From assembly GCA_965112155.1 (NCBI GenBank), contig OZ218100.1: a stretch of DNA of 64,000 nt, one strand, 5' to 3'. Of the stretch, positions 36,226-49,352 are shown one piece after another. The notes under the pieces were generated by a model. It searched no databases and was not told the origin of the DNA. It saw only the letters and a program-made list of their open reading frames with translations. Source of the stretch: Podarcis liolepis. Its lineage: Eukaryota. A program made the position numbers and the translations under genes. Every line of letters starts with the position of its first letter. Within the stretch, counting starts at the first letter, position 1.

Positions 36226-39200
36226 CCACCTTGGTGTCCTCCAGATGCTGTTGGACTACAATTTCCATCAACCCCAGCTAGCATAACCAACAGCCAGGGG
36301 TGATGGGAGCTGTAGTCCTAATCAGCAGCAGGGCACCAGCTTGGGGAAATCTGACTTTTGGTATCATGTGGGCCGGTGGATGAGGGTCAGGGAATGTGAG
36401 AGTCAGGAACTGTTGCCAAGGAAGTATTAAACTCCTCTTAGAACTCTCCGCTTTATGTTTCTTGATTTCACCTGGCAGAAGGATGCCAGTTCACCTCTCC
36501 ACCCCTCACAATTAATCAAAAGCAAGACATGATGTGCTTGCTCTTGACTGACTGTCAGCTCTAGTGGAATGGTGTCCCAATGCATAACTGATAAATTACC
36601 ATTGGACTTGCTTGTTTGGCTTTAAAAACAGATTTAGTCAATTTAGTGATGATGGAGCTATTAGACTGAATGGAACCTCTATGTTCCCTCCACTCCTTGT
36701 GATCTTTTAGAGGGATTTGACTGGCTGCCATGTAGAATGCTAGAGTAGAAGGAATTTGGGTCCCACTTGGAAGCCATTTGTAATTACTTATTATTGAACA
36801 CCAAGTAGTCACCTTTATTGCCATAAATATTACTCTACAACCTTTAAGGAAGGCATTAATTGTCTCTTACATGGTTCTAAGGCAGAATGGTAAAGTGAGC
36901 TCCAGAACCAGGTTTTTGGTGTAATTCAGTACCTTTTCCATTAAACCAAGCTGTGTGAAACTAAAATGCCAACTGTCTGTAAAATAGGCTCTACATTTCT
37001 TCTTGTATTTGAATTTATGCTCTCTCCCAAAGGCTTGAAGATGAGCAATGATTTTTAATTAAAATGTAATTTAAATCCAATTAGACTTATATAATATAAA
37101 GCCCAGTAAAGTCCACAAGTCTCCACCAGCTTACCCAGCCTGCCTTCACCCAGAGAGTCAGTTCTAGTAGAAAGGCCTATGCGTCAAAGGCCAACAAAAT
37201 AGCTACTTTGTAGAAACTACTTTAAATTGCTGCTCTTGGTGCCAGTCTGCACACAGTGAACCATTGATGTTTGCAGTGTGATGTGGGGGTACTCCTCCTG
37301 CCAAACTATGTCACTGCAAACCCTCTGATCCATCTGATGATCTGCATGTGACTCTTTGTGCCATTTGAAGGCCAACACCACAGGAAGCAGAAGCTGCTTC
37401 TGTGTGGTGGCAGTTTCGGGGCCTTGGGACCATTCTGAGAAACTGCTCACCAGGCAAGGATTGCTGGAGATTGTACTATAACCATTGCAAATACTTATCT
37501 GTGCATATTTATTACATATTTCATTCTGCATATGTTGAGAACTGCTGAGGCAACCTTCGGAGGGGTGCCTAATGGACAGAAGAGTTGTTCTGGCAGTGAC
37601 TAAGAACAGATAAACTGAGATAAGAAATGCTTTGGAAGGGCACATTTTTAACATGGAAAGTTGTTGCTCTTGTTGCTGTTGTTATTGCTGTGGTGGCTAC
37701 CACCACAATTATTTCTACTCCATCTTTTAGGATCCAAATCCTTCCAAGGCAGCATACAGGTAACATTAAAATACACTTTAACAACAAAAACAACATATCC
37801 AAAGTCATCAGGATCCTTCCATCAGGATAGCTGGCAGTATAGCTCTGGGTGCGGACAGGACAGTCCCAGTGTAAAAAGAGTAGGCTTTGTGGTCTTTTTC
37901 AGCTTCCCTCAAGGACGGGGAGCCTGTGGCCACCGAGATGTTGCTGGACTACAACTCTCATCATCCCTGACTGTTTGCCATGTTGACTGGGGCTGTTGAA
38001 TTCCAACAACACCTGGAGGGCCACACCCTTCCTATAAAAGGTAAACATGACTATAATAGTACTTGTATTGAGAGATACTTTGCTATATGAGTAAAGGTTT
38101 TCTTTACAGAAATAACACTGGCCTTTTGTGGGAATGAATCCCTCGGTGTGCACACAATGCAATGTGGATTTGCTGAATTCTGGTAAAATTGAGACAGCTC
38201 TCTCTACACCTTTACAGTCTGTTGTGAGGATGTAAGAGAGACAACAGTGAAGCTGGAAATTGAAGTCCCTTTTATGCTACATTATTTTCTTCTCAAAAAA
38301 GCAGTATATATGAGACATGCTGGTACTTGTATATTGATACAAATGCCAATGTCAATGGCTGCCATGGGCAGCAACAGTGGATACTGTCACAAAAAGGCCA
38401 AACACATATCATACACAACGCACATGCATATATTCTGCATAATTACTCTTACTTCCTTTGTTTACATCTTATGCTAAATGCAACATAATTATCCACTTGA
38501 AAAGCTGCCAGTATTTGCATCCTGCACGCGTGTTAATATTCATTTCAGTTTGGTTAATTGTCTTGTGTTTGGACTGGTTACAGAGGCAGACGATATTTGG
38601 CCTGAGAATATTCTGTGTCTGAAAGATTCATTATCTATTCACTGTGTGTTTTCTTGCATCTTGTCACAAGGCATTATGCTATTTCATGCCAGGGGCTTGA
38701 CAGGAATGCTAACTTCTACAGTGCCACGTTGGAATTTGGAACTTTATTTTTCCTGTTTGGACTCGTATATCTTTGGCACAGTAGATCTTCTGGCAGGTTT
38801 TCTGACAAATACTTTGATAGGGCTTTTGATGGAATGAATATGTTGGCCTGTGTAAACAACATTCAAGTTTTAAGTGAGACCAAACACCCTGAGCCTGCCT
38901 CAAATTAATAAAAATAAACAAGCCACATTGATGCTGAAGTGCTGATGAAAAGGATGAGTGGGTTCTTATGGTACAAAAATTGTGGTACAAAAACCTATAA
39001 GGCCAGTTCTTCCTGCTCTATAGTAGGAAGTCCCAGGCTGTGTGAGGGGAGCCAGCAATTCAGCTCCTCCACATGCCAGCCCTGACCTGCTTTTCAGAGG
39101 ACAGATGCTGGTGTGGGAAACCAACTACAGTACAGGCTTCTCCCCTGTGGCCTGGAGCATCTCACATTACCTTGGTGTGCAACCAAGGAGAAATGCTACG

Positions 39201-39809
39201 GTGAATCCCACATGACCACTGCAGCCTTAATAATTTTGGGAGTAGGGTGTCAAAAACTGGGTTTTTTTGGGGGGGTTTCTCTTCAGACTGCCCTGGATAA
39301 AATGTTATTCCACAGTATTCTGGGAGGAAAGGGAAAGCCTCACTGGCAGCTGCTATTTTGTGTGTGTGTTAAGGTGGTGGTATCATTTCCCTCCAGAATG
39401 CTCTGGAATGAATGCTATGTTTGGCCTATTCTGAGGAGAAAGATGGAGGCTGCTAGCCACTGAGAGGAACTCTTATATCATCAGGACGAGATTGCCCCTA
39501 AATTTCCCCTGAAAACGTACAGAAATAGAATGGGGCTTTTCAGCTTGGCGTTAATTTTTTATATGCTTCCTTCTCCCCTAATAAGACTGAGGAACTTCCC
39601 AGAGTTGTGCCCTGCAGATTGGCACAGTGATTACACAGAGCCTTAAAGTCAGCATCTAGAAGCTTTTGCACAGCTCTGACTGTGCTGAGATGCAATTAGT
39701 GTTCATGTTTTGGCAAAAACCAGAGAAACACTTTAGATTTCTGTCCTGTTTGACAAAAGAGTCTTACTGAATGACACAGAAATTTTTGTTGAGCTCCAGG
39801 CTGAGCTTC

Positions 39810-39897
39810 AGGTTGCAGTCCTAGCTCCACTTACCTGAGAGTAGGCCCCACTGAACTTAGTGGTACTTACTTCTGAGCAGGTGTGTATAGAATTGCA
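39810..39897. repeat. Dispersed ~85-bp imperfect palindrome (copies at about 3135-3224, 22990-23062, 23459-23540, 35289-35375)
   Basis: Recurrent ggttgcagtccta...cacttacctgagagta.gcccca.tgaa....tgg.acttacttctgag...aattgca. Confidence 0.7.
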
Positions 39898-40834
39898 AAC
39901 AGACTTTAGCCCCGGCATTTTCTGGCTCAGCAGCAGCAAAGGTGTAGTTTAAAACTACAGCTATTTCAGCTCATGCAAGTAATAAAGGGTTAAAATTACC
40001 GTGCTAAACAGATGAGCTAGTTGTCTGTAAAATTAAATGCCCTTAAATTGAAATATTTGTCTTTAGCGAACAGAAAAAAGTATTAGCTCATACTAATGGC
40101 TTGCCCTAGACCTAAGCTGAAATTTGCACAGAATTTTTTTCATGGCTAACATAATTAACCAATAAATTTAAAACTAAGAAAAAACAGATATTCATCTTTC
40201 ACAGAATTTAGAGTGCTACAATCAACTGAGGGCACATTTAGTCTAGCTAAAAGGCACTGCATATATTCCACGACTAAGAAAATGTTTGTCTAGGTCTCTT
40301 TAATGATTTTTTCCTGAGCTTAACAGCAGAAGGGGGGCAATTTTCATCGGAATTCTGGGAGAGGGAATGGGTGAAGGTTAAAACTCTGCCTGCCCCTGCT
40401 TGGCTGACTGGGATATAATTAAGAATATGGTTATCCTGGGCTGGTTGGGTGTCTTGCTTAGTTGTCTTCACTCAACACATGACTGACAATGCCATTCAGA
40501 AAAAGCGTTGGACAAAGTGAGCAGGCAGACACTCCCCACAAACTCCAGCAGGCTTTCATGTGCACCTGCATTGCTCTGCTCATGTGACACATGCTGGTGC
40601 CATCACTACTGTAATACTGCATTTGCTTGAGCGAATAGGTGCCAGGCAGAGCAACAAGCAAGTGGTGGTGAAATGTTGGAGAATGGAACTGTGGATGAAA
40701 CATGGCTTCTCTTGTACCCCTTAAACTTGCTTGTTGTAGTGGAGGACATTGTCCCATCGACTGAGTTTTGACTGCCATTCTGATTGGATTGTGTATGGGT
40801 AAAGGGGTGGAGAATCTGAATGAGAAAGGGCAAA

Positions 40835-41025
40835 GGCCACAGCTCAATGGTAGAGCATCTGCTTTGTATGCAGGAGATCTCAGGGTTCAGTCCCTGACAT
40901 CTTGAGGTAGGGCTGGAAAAGACCTCTGCCTGTAACCCTGGGGACCTGCTGCCAGCCAGTGTCCATAGTCCTTAGCTGTATAGACAATGGTCTGACTCAG
41001 TCCAAGGCAGCTTCCTTTGTTCAAA
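40835..41025 (+). mobile_element. tRNA-derived squamate SINE (related copies at about 2075-2190 +, 5140-5250 -, 17200-17330 -, 20375-20690 +, 29915-30005 -, 34305-34470 -, 60055-60225 -)
   Basis: A/B-box-like head agctcaatggtagagcatctgctttgtatgcagga...ggttcagtccc. The body recurs many times in the window. Confidence 0.8.
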
Positions 41026-41714
41026 TGTTCTGATGCATAGGTTGTTTCACTCTTATATGTCAACACTTTACCTTTGTCCATGTTAACCTTCATTTTGGTC
41101 CAATGCCAACTCCAGCTGAAGAACAGCCAGGAGAAAACGTTTCTGTACTGCCAGGCATTTGAGTGATGGAGGGTTGCTTCTTGGGAGGGCTCCATTTTTA
41201 TAAATGAATTATGTGGCTATCACTAGAGTAGTTGTAACTTGTTACTTGTTTTACTGATGTCATCGGAATGGAACCTTTTTTGTGCTTCAATTTGTTTAAT
41301 TTCTATATGTTTCTGCATTGTGTGATATGCTTTATATTGCAAAACATTTACGGACAACTTGCGTTAGAAATCAATGAGTTTGATAAATAGCAACTACTGT
41401 ATGATGATCGTTTTTGTATTTAACTAGCATCCGATTCATTATTATGTCAAACACTGATTGCTTCTTTCCAATCTGCACCGACTATCTCACCCCACCCCCT
41501 TTTGGACATAGGTCCCACAGATCCAATTGAACTTATGCTATTTTCTAGTGATGTGTGTATATTAAGGCTAAAGTGATTAAATTTTAGCCATTTGTATAGT
41601 TTAGGAGAAGCCATGTGGGAGTAGGTGAAAAGTCCTGCTGAAACGGAAGCACTCCAACTGCCTTCCCTTTGCCTCCTAAACCATTTTTTAAATAATAATA
41701 AAAAAGAAAACTAA

Positions 41715-41940
41715 GCTGTTCTCAACAAAGCCATGTTGATTGCTAGTAATCATGCCTTTTTTATCTAGATGCTGGCAAATAAGTAGCTTTATCATTTGCT
41801 GCACTATCTTTGAGGTAAAGTAATCAGATGAACTTGTCCGATAATTCCCTGCGGTCCTTGTGTAAAAAATAGGCACTATATATTTGCTTTTATTCTGTTT
41901 TCTGGAACCTGATCAGTTTTCCATTAATTTTCAAAAAGAA
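41715..41940 (-). mobile_element. CR1 LINE ORF2 (RT N-terminal) fragment
   Basis: ORF 41688..41876 gives GNYR....KIVQQMIK..ICQHLD...ITSNQHGFVEN, matching the CR1 GNYRPVSLTS..GK.MEQ...QHGF motif. Confidence 0.8.
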
Positions 41941-42099
41941 TAGGCTTGTCAGCATGACAGCCTGTTATCTAACCACCCCCTTAATGGTCCCCTCATATTT
42001 ATTTTGTTCCCTCCCCATAGCTACCTCTCTCTTCTCTGTTATTATTTTGTATTCATATTTATTACATCTTTAAAATGTACGTGATTTTCCCTCTCGCCA

Positions 42100-42240
42100 C
42101 TGCATCCTCGCAATTCTGTGAGGTAGGTTAGGCTGAGAGACAAGCCCAAAGTTAGCTAGTGAGCTTTGTGGCTGAGCAGGGGACTAGAACCCTGTTCGTC
42201 CAGGTCTTAGTGAAAAACTTTCACCACCACACTGGCACTA
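42100..42240 (-). mobile_element. MIR/CORE-like squamate SINE (related copies at about 26035-26175 - and 49480-49570 +)
   Basis: ctgtgaggtaggttaggctgagagac...cccaaagttagctagtgagcttt...gactagaaccc, shared with the copy at 26045. Confidence 0.65.
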
Positions 42241-44099
42241 CACCACAATGGCTCTCTACACCACACTGTTTATTTGCATTTATATTTTATGTTGATGTCA
42301 TTGCAGCATGAAGCTGTATCAGTAGGAGTTTCATGGGCCTAATGGCTGCCACTGGCTTAGCTTGTCATCTCCCTGATATGTATGTTTGCAGGAGAGACAG
42401 GTAGGTAGTTTGCCTTGAACCACATTGCTGAGTGCAATTTCAGGCCTTAGAAGCTGAATTTCGATTTCTCTGGGCAGCCCATGAGGAATTAATCCTTCTC
42501 CGTGTGGCAGCTTTTGGACAATATATTGAGGGTGCAAATTAGTTGACTGATCTCCAGACAAAGCTTTTTTTAAAAAAACCACAAAGTTGACTGATGGACC
42601 TGGTTGCACATAAAGCGGTGTAATAGTTTTGAGATTTGCCAAGTGAACTCATTACCCATCCTTAGGAAAATGTTATTGGAGCTCCATTGACTTAAATTTG
42701 TTCAAATTGCTCAAGTATTTTCTGGAATTCTTCTTTGTCACCCTTGGTCCCTTTTCTTGCCTTGGTTATGTCAGCGCTGATTGATGTCTCATCCCTGCTT
42801 CCTTTCTTTGTAAATACTGAAATGAAGTCAATATTGATTTCTTCATTTGCAAAGGTTACCTGCCGTTGCTTGCTCTACAGGCCCTTTGTAGAATGTTCTA
42901 CCTGCAATCTGCCTCAACACACTGTGGTCTTGGTTGTCTCTGCTAATCTGAAGGACTAGGGTAGAAGGTTTAAGCTTCTGCTTGCAGCAGGGGGAGAAAG
43001 TGTGTGAATTTTTGGGTCCTTTCCAACCTGACAATTAGAGTACCGCCTACTCCTAAAGCAACATTTCCCAATTTTCAGAAATAATGGCCAAATTACTGAT
43101 CCTTGAGCTAACGATACTGGACATGTCTCTTGTTCCCAAGGAATAATACCTGTTCAGGAATTCAAGGTAGCAGCCTCTTTAAGGTAACTGCATTAATGAC
43201 TCATGTGATTGACAGCACTAATGGGCTCCTGAAATTAAAACTTCATTCATATGTTACAGTTTAGTGGTTATGCTACAAAGAAGGATTAAAATCTGTATTA
43301 ACATTTCATTTTTTTTAAAAAAAACCCTGCTACAGTTTTATTACTGTAAGAAGCTAGTCTGGAGTGTGTATTTTTAGAATTATCCTCATTAATACCAAAT
43401 TGTGATGGTTGAGCAATGGGTATGGGGCCACTACCTGTTCTCTGTATGCAAATTCGTATTAAAACTATGGTTTCATTTTTTTATCTAATCTAATTTAGGT
43501 TGTATGATCAAGACAGTGGACTTTTGTGATTATGTTCATCTGCAAAGTGACAGGTAGCATGTACTCTGATGGCAGCAAAGGAATTAACATGTATGGTATT
43601 TAATATTAAAATAATCACTAATTGGTTAGGATTACTGTGGATTACTGTGATTGCAGTGCATTCAGCAACAGAAGATTCAGTCCTAGACACTACTATTAAT
43701 TTAATCTACTTCATATGCAGGAGATACTAATTTCGTCAGACTGGCACATCCAATACAAGTATGCTGAGAAAGCAACACATTCATTTAATAAAATGGAATT
43801 ATTTTAGTAATTGTTATTCCCATTACTCTGGTCTTCCTGTTTTTTGGAAATAGGGAGCACAATTTCATGGCATACTGTCTTCTGTGTTGCATCCATCGCC
43901 TGTGTTTCCTGGTTGCTGCTTACAAACTCCTGGGAGAGTGTGATGACTGCCGAATTAGATGAGACTAGGGATGTTGGAGAATTCTGCAGGAAATGAGATC
44001 TGAAACTGCCAATGTTTGCTTATATCTGGAACAGAAATCAATCCAGCAAATATGATTGATATTCGTTCTTGTTGTTTTTAGTCTGTTGATAGTACTTAA

Positions 44100-44131
<32 letters not shown>
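44100..44131. repeat. (ATC)10 microsatellite, probably the tail of an adjacent minus-strand LINE remnant
   Basis: Visible tract, followed by tttatatcctgcac... and sequence resembling 33230-33410. Confidence 0.85.
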
Positions 44132-44362
44132 ATGTGTTAAATTTATATCCTGCACTTCCTTTGAAAATAAAAAACAATTAGATCATCTAAAAGCAAATTC
44201 AGTGCAGCTATAGACTAGGACAGATTTCTACTTAAAAGGCTTGTTGAAAGAGGAAGGTCTTCAGTAGGTATCTAAAAGACAACAGAGATGACACATATAT
44301 GTTATTGCCTCATCCCTGTTTGGACTGTTTCCCTTGCATAGAAGTGAATGGTGTGAAACAAC

Positions 44363-44532
44363 TTGTTGTTGTTGTTTAGTTGTTTAGTCATGTCCAACTC
44401 TTTGTGACCCCATGGACCAGAGCACGCCAGGCACTCCAGTCTTCCTCTGCCTCCCGCAGTTTGGTCAAACTCATGCTGGTAGCTTTGAGAACACTTTCCA
44501 GCCGTCTCGTCCTCTGTTGTCCTCTTCTCCTT
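44363..44532 (-). mobile_element. RTE-BovB LINE 3' end (5'-truncated)
   Basis: ttgttgttgtttagttgtttagtcatgtccaactctttgtgaccccatggaccagagcacgccagg...tccagccgtctcgtcctctg is the reverse of the BovB 3' terminus with (CAA)n tail. Confidence 0.85.
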
Positions 44533-45364
44533 AATGATGATCAGATGAATTACACAATTAATTACGTCAAATTTCACCATAACTGAAAGTAAGACGAATA
44601 ATGTTGTTTTGCAGCAGAACTGAAACAAGTGCTGCATGAGATGAATATGAGGTGGGATGGAGATGCCTTCTTACATCTGTAGTTGAAACCTTATACTCTG
44701 TTGTGGCCTAAAGGGCAGTGGGGGGGGGGGAAATGGGGGTTTTAATTACTCCATTTCAAGTCTAGCAACTCCTGCACAAGCAGCACCCAGTCCTCCTAAC
44801 TCTGTCCAATTTTATGCCTTGCACTGGTAGGGTTTTTCTGGCAGTACCTAGGCTGGTTTAGCTTGACTTTTGCCAGTACCATGGGCCTTAAGAGTGACCC
44901 TGTCCCTCCCAGTCAGCATAATTTGGGAATAGGATCAGCCTGTTAATTTCTGTTTAAACATTTATTGCATTTATGGGCCTTCTCCACCATTTTGCTCGTT
45001 TGTGAGAGAGAAATAACATACCCACTTCAATGAATCACAGCAGCTGAGGTACCTGCGGTGAGGTTTAACAAATTGTTTGTGAATGCTCACATCTCTGAAA
45101 TGTGGGTTCATTCAATTTGTAATGGAGCAATTCTCCTAATGATTTTTGGCCATATTACTATAAACAGTGGATTTTTTTTTTTAACTTCAAAATCTTGATC
45201 CACAGGACTCTTCTCTTTAGCTCGATTTGAGGCATGGCTCAAGTTCTACAGTGCTTGAGTAGGTAGGATGTACTTCAAATGGATGTGTGTTTCAAATGAT
45301 TTGAGCTGCCTTGCTGTAATGTTGGTGATGGGCCTTTTTGGATTCCTTGGCAGCAAACCTCCAT

Positions 45365-45704
45365 AAAGGTAAAGGGACCCCTGACCATTAGGTCCAGTTG
45401 TGGACGACTCTGGGGTTGCGGCGCTCATCTCGCTTTACTGGCCGAGGGAGCCGGCGTACAGCTTCTGGATCATGCGGCCAGCATGACTAAGCCGATTCTG
45501 GCAAACCAGATCTGTGCATGGAAATGCCATTTACCTTCCCACCTATTGATCTACTTGCACTTTGATGTGCTTTCGAACTGCTAGGTTGGCAGGAGCAGGG
45601 ACCAAGCAACGGGAGCTCACCCCATTGCGGGGATTTGAACCGCCGACCTTCTGATCGGCAAGCCCAAGAGGCTCAGTGGTTTAGACCACAGCACCACCCG
45701 CGTC
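45365..45704 (-). mobile_element. Sauria SINE, near full length with small internal deletion
   Basis: Highly similar to 32145-32495 along its length. Confidence 0.92.
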
Positions 45705-48700
45705 AATAGTACCATGCAAATGATTAGGTGGGGGGGCAGGGTATGTGTGTGTAAATAGCGTATCCGTTCATTGTCTTACTGAATTAATACATGTTTGAAA
45801 GGAAGTTACAGAAACACTAGTGTTAACTGTGGTGGTGGTGGTGGTGGTGTTGTTGTTGAAATTTATAGTTTCCTGCAGAGGGGCATAATCAGAAGATGAA
45901 GAGGTGACTTCTGATCTAACTAAATTCGTCTTCACTCTTACAACAGAAGCCTATTTATTTATTTATTTATTTAGTCTGATTTTTCATTTGAAAATGTACA
46001 ATAATATGACAGAAGAATACAATATCATATTACATATTTGGAAATAAGTAACCTAAATATTTGACAAAGGTTTCCTTCAATCACCTTCAATATTGAATAG
46101 TCATACTAATAAAAGTGTGAGAGCCAAATGGCACCAATAGCCAGAACAAACAGAATGCAAATTTATGTTTAAGGACTTCACAAAAAAATCTTTGGAAGTT
46201 TCATTTTCTTGCACAGGAAAGGCAAGAAGAACAACAGCAATGAAAAACATAAATCTGATGGTGATGGTGATAATGGTGACATAATGTTCATTTGCTTTAT
46301 AATTATCTGTTTGATGGAGATTTTCTATAAAGTTGTTTCATATGATCTACAGAAAGATTACAGAGGCAAACGAATTTCAGGATTTCCCCCCTCAAGTGTG
46401 CAACTGAATTTATTCCCCATGCAACCCAAGGAAGAGATTGGCTCTTAGGCTATGGTTTTCAGTCTTAACATAGCTGTTGAATGGGGCAAGGGAGTGGAGA
46501 CACTCAACAGAGTATTAGTGGCTGAGTTCTACATGACAAGTACTTCCAAATATATAGCAGTAAGTATGTTGGTTTGTGTGTGCAGATCCCCCAAAAGGAT
46601 GCAGTCTATTGTACCCTTGTGGCAAATGTAGTCTGCTTCTGTCTTGATCTAATATTTATCACTACTTTCTGTGGCAGCAAACACCATAAGCACATTATGC
46701 ATCGTATGACAGGCAACCTGCTTGTGACATTGGCATATATGAACTTCACTATTTGTGACAATGACACACATGGGTTTCCCACTCTATGTATACATGGTGT
46801 GGATGCAATGGGACACAACACCCAATCTTAGCTTGCCAGCATGAATACATGAGGCAAGAACACCCACATGTTGTCAAACATGACAATCTAACAGCATATC
46901 CTAGCCCCCTAGCACACATACACACATACAGAAGAACCTTCTGTTCTATTGTTTTCTAATTTTATCATCATAACCTTGCTAAAGGCAACTCAAACTGACT
47001 TAAAACAAAAAATAAAAATAAACAAAGATCCACATAGATACATTTGAACCAATCAGAGCCCTGAGTACTCTCAAATGTGAACTCATGGATTTCGTACACT
47101 CAAGATGCTCCACACCTCAGTGAAAGCTGAAAGAAGAAACGTGCACATAGATCAGAGCAATTGTGTTTTGCTGAACATGGGCAAATATCTTTATAACGAA
47201 TGTGTTAGGCGTGTTTTATTACTGCCACTTTATTTTCAGCTGATTTGTTCACATTTTATGGATATCTCTGCATCTGTTTTAATTCTCTCACTTGGATCAA
47301 AGGAATGCCTGTCTGCATCCATACATTTGCCAGAAACCAGCAGTCAAGTAATATGACTGAGGAAAGGCACAGCCCTTTCTGACAGATACACCTCTGCATC
47401 TGCTGCAACCTCTGTATTGTGCATTGTTACATTTATATCCTTCTTTTCAAGTGCATGATTTCCCCACCTTTTTAGAGTGGGATAAATTGCATGAACACAT
47501 TAGCAACTATCAGTGTGCTGGGTGGAAGTGTTCTGCGCTCCTTCTCTACTATGTTATTTTCATGCTGACCCATGAATTAACTGCTTCTGTCTTCAGGTGC
47601 TGTCCAGGGTGCTAGTCTGGCTCTGTTCCCATTCTTTATGACTGCTAAGCTTCATGACTCCCAAGAAATTCAGCTCTTCCTTTGCAGTGATTATTTTTGC
47701 ACAAGGGAGTGGATGTCAGGGGAAGAGGGGCTATGCCCCGTAGGTGAGGCCCCCAGGCTTATGCTTCTTCTCCCGATCCAGCCATGCTTTCTTAAAGAAT
47801 TGGGAAGAATGTGAATGGGAATGCACACTCAGATACACAAGAAAGCCATGCTGCATGGGATTATGGCATTTGTATTCTGTGGCACTGTGGATCCATATTC
47901 TTATGCCCATCTCATCCCTGAACTAGTCATATGTAACTCTGCATCAAGAGCTGTATCAGAATGCAAGTCTGGCTGTGCAGGGCTGATGAGCAATAAACTT
48001 GCTAAAGCAGCATAACAAAGTAGGGAAGGCTGGGCTGATTGCATGGGGAATGGGGGTGTAATCCTCTCTCAAAGCAACAGCAGATCAAAGGAAAAATAAA
48101 CAGAAACATGTATGAGGCGAGTGGGAGGGGGTTGTTAACATTTTCACCCACCTCAAATGGCAACATTTCAGAGGGAAAATCTAACCTCATAAAATGCACA
48201 CTGCAGCACTCATGAAAACTATTGAAATACAGTAGTTTCAATTGAAAACTGAACTAGCATTAACCAGGAAATTTTACATCTTCAAGGAAAAGATCTTCCT
48301 AAGAGCTATTTGCTCATAATGTACTGGGATTTTTGTAGTATACACCTTGCATCAATATATTTGCTTCCTGTTTAGACGTCTGGTGGTGGTATTACCCTGA
48401 CTTGTAGTGTTTTTAGCTAAATTTTGATCAGTTTTTCAAAGTTCCCAGCTCCATGTCAATCATTCTAGCAAAGCCAGTCCCAACTGGTATATGGATGTAT
48501 GATCTATTCTGTTATCTGAATTCTGGCTATAAAATGTCCACAGGAGTCTCATCATGGATCCCAGCTGTCTGTGTTCCTTCCACCAGGCCTCCCTCGGTTG
48601 GTCCATCAGGCTGTTTTCCAGAAGCTGCATCCACATATCCCACATCTGGCATCATACAAAATGTCTGGTGTGTGGCAGGTAGAGATGCTGCTGCAGAAAG

Positions 48701-49090
48701 AAGAATCGACTCCCCTATATGTCAGATGATATGCAGGGAGTTTAATCCTGCTCAGATGAGGCCCACACCAGTCATTCCTGATTGGTCCACTACCACCACC
48801 AATGAGGGCCAACTTTGGCAGGTGCGTGGGACAACCCACTTTTCAGTCACCTGGTGTCAATATGATGTCAGATGATTGACAGGTAGGTGGTCCCACCAAC
48901 TTGCCAATGTAGGCCTGCTAGGATAGGAGAAATAAATATCACCATGCAAAAAATGTTCCCTATCCTAAACTACAGTCTCATGGTATAGGACAGATTTTTC
49001 TGTTCCATTCTCTGTGAATGTATTTATGTTAGGATGGCTCTAAGCACATGTACTGAGGGTGACTTGCAGAAATCACCACAAAACAATGTA

Positions 49091-49352
49091 CTGTATTTTT
49101 TGCTCTATAAACCTCACTTTTTCCCTCCTAAAAAGTAAGGGGAAATGTGTGTGCGTCTTATGGAGCGAATGCAGGCTGCGCAGCTATCCCAGAAGCCAGA
49201 ACAGCAAGAGGGATTGCTGCTTTCACTGCGCAGCCACCCCTCTTGCTGTTCTGGCTTCTGAGATTCAGAATATTTTTTTTCTTGTTTTCCTCCTCCAAAA
49301 ACTTGTGGTCTGGTCTGGTGGTCTGGTGCGTCTTATAGAGCAAAAAATACAG
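49091..49352. mobile_element. Tc1/mariner (Tc2/pogo-like) MITE with internal hairpin
   Basis: Perfect 20-bp TIRs ctgtattttttgctctataa / ttatagagcaaaaaatacag, flanked by TA on both sides. Confidence 0.9.

Noticed and set aside
40835-40900. tRNA-like sequences (also 15669-15745 and 20455-20505)
   Set aside because: These are SINE heads with degenerate A/B boxes and no intact cloverleaf, not tRNA genes.
15669-45704. Inverted Sauria SINE copies as drivers of circular RNA
   Set aside because: All three lie in the same intron and do not flank a known exon. They are 16-30 kb apart.
48873-48882. Second TGATTGACAG decamer
   Set aside because: Appears to lie in a decayed repeat-like segment with no supporting motif cluster.
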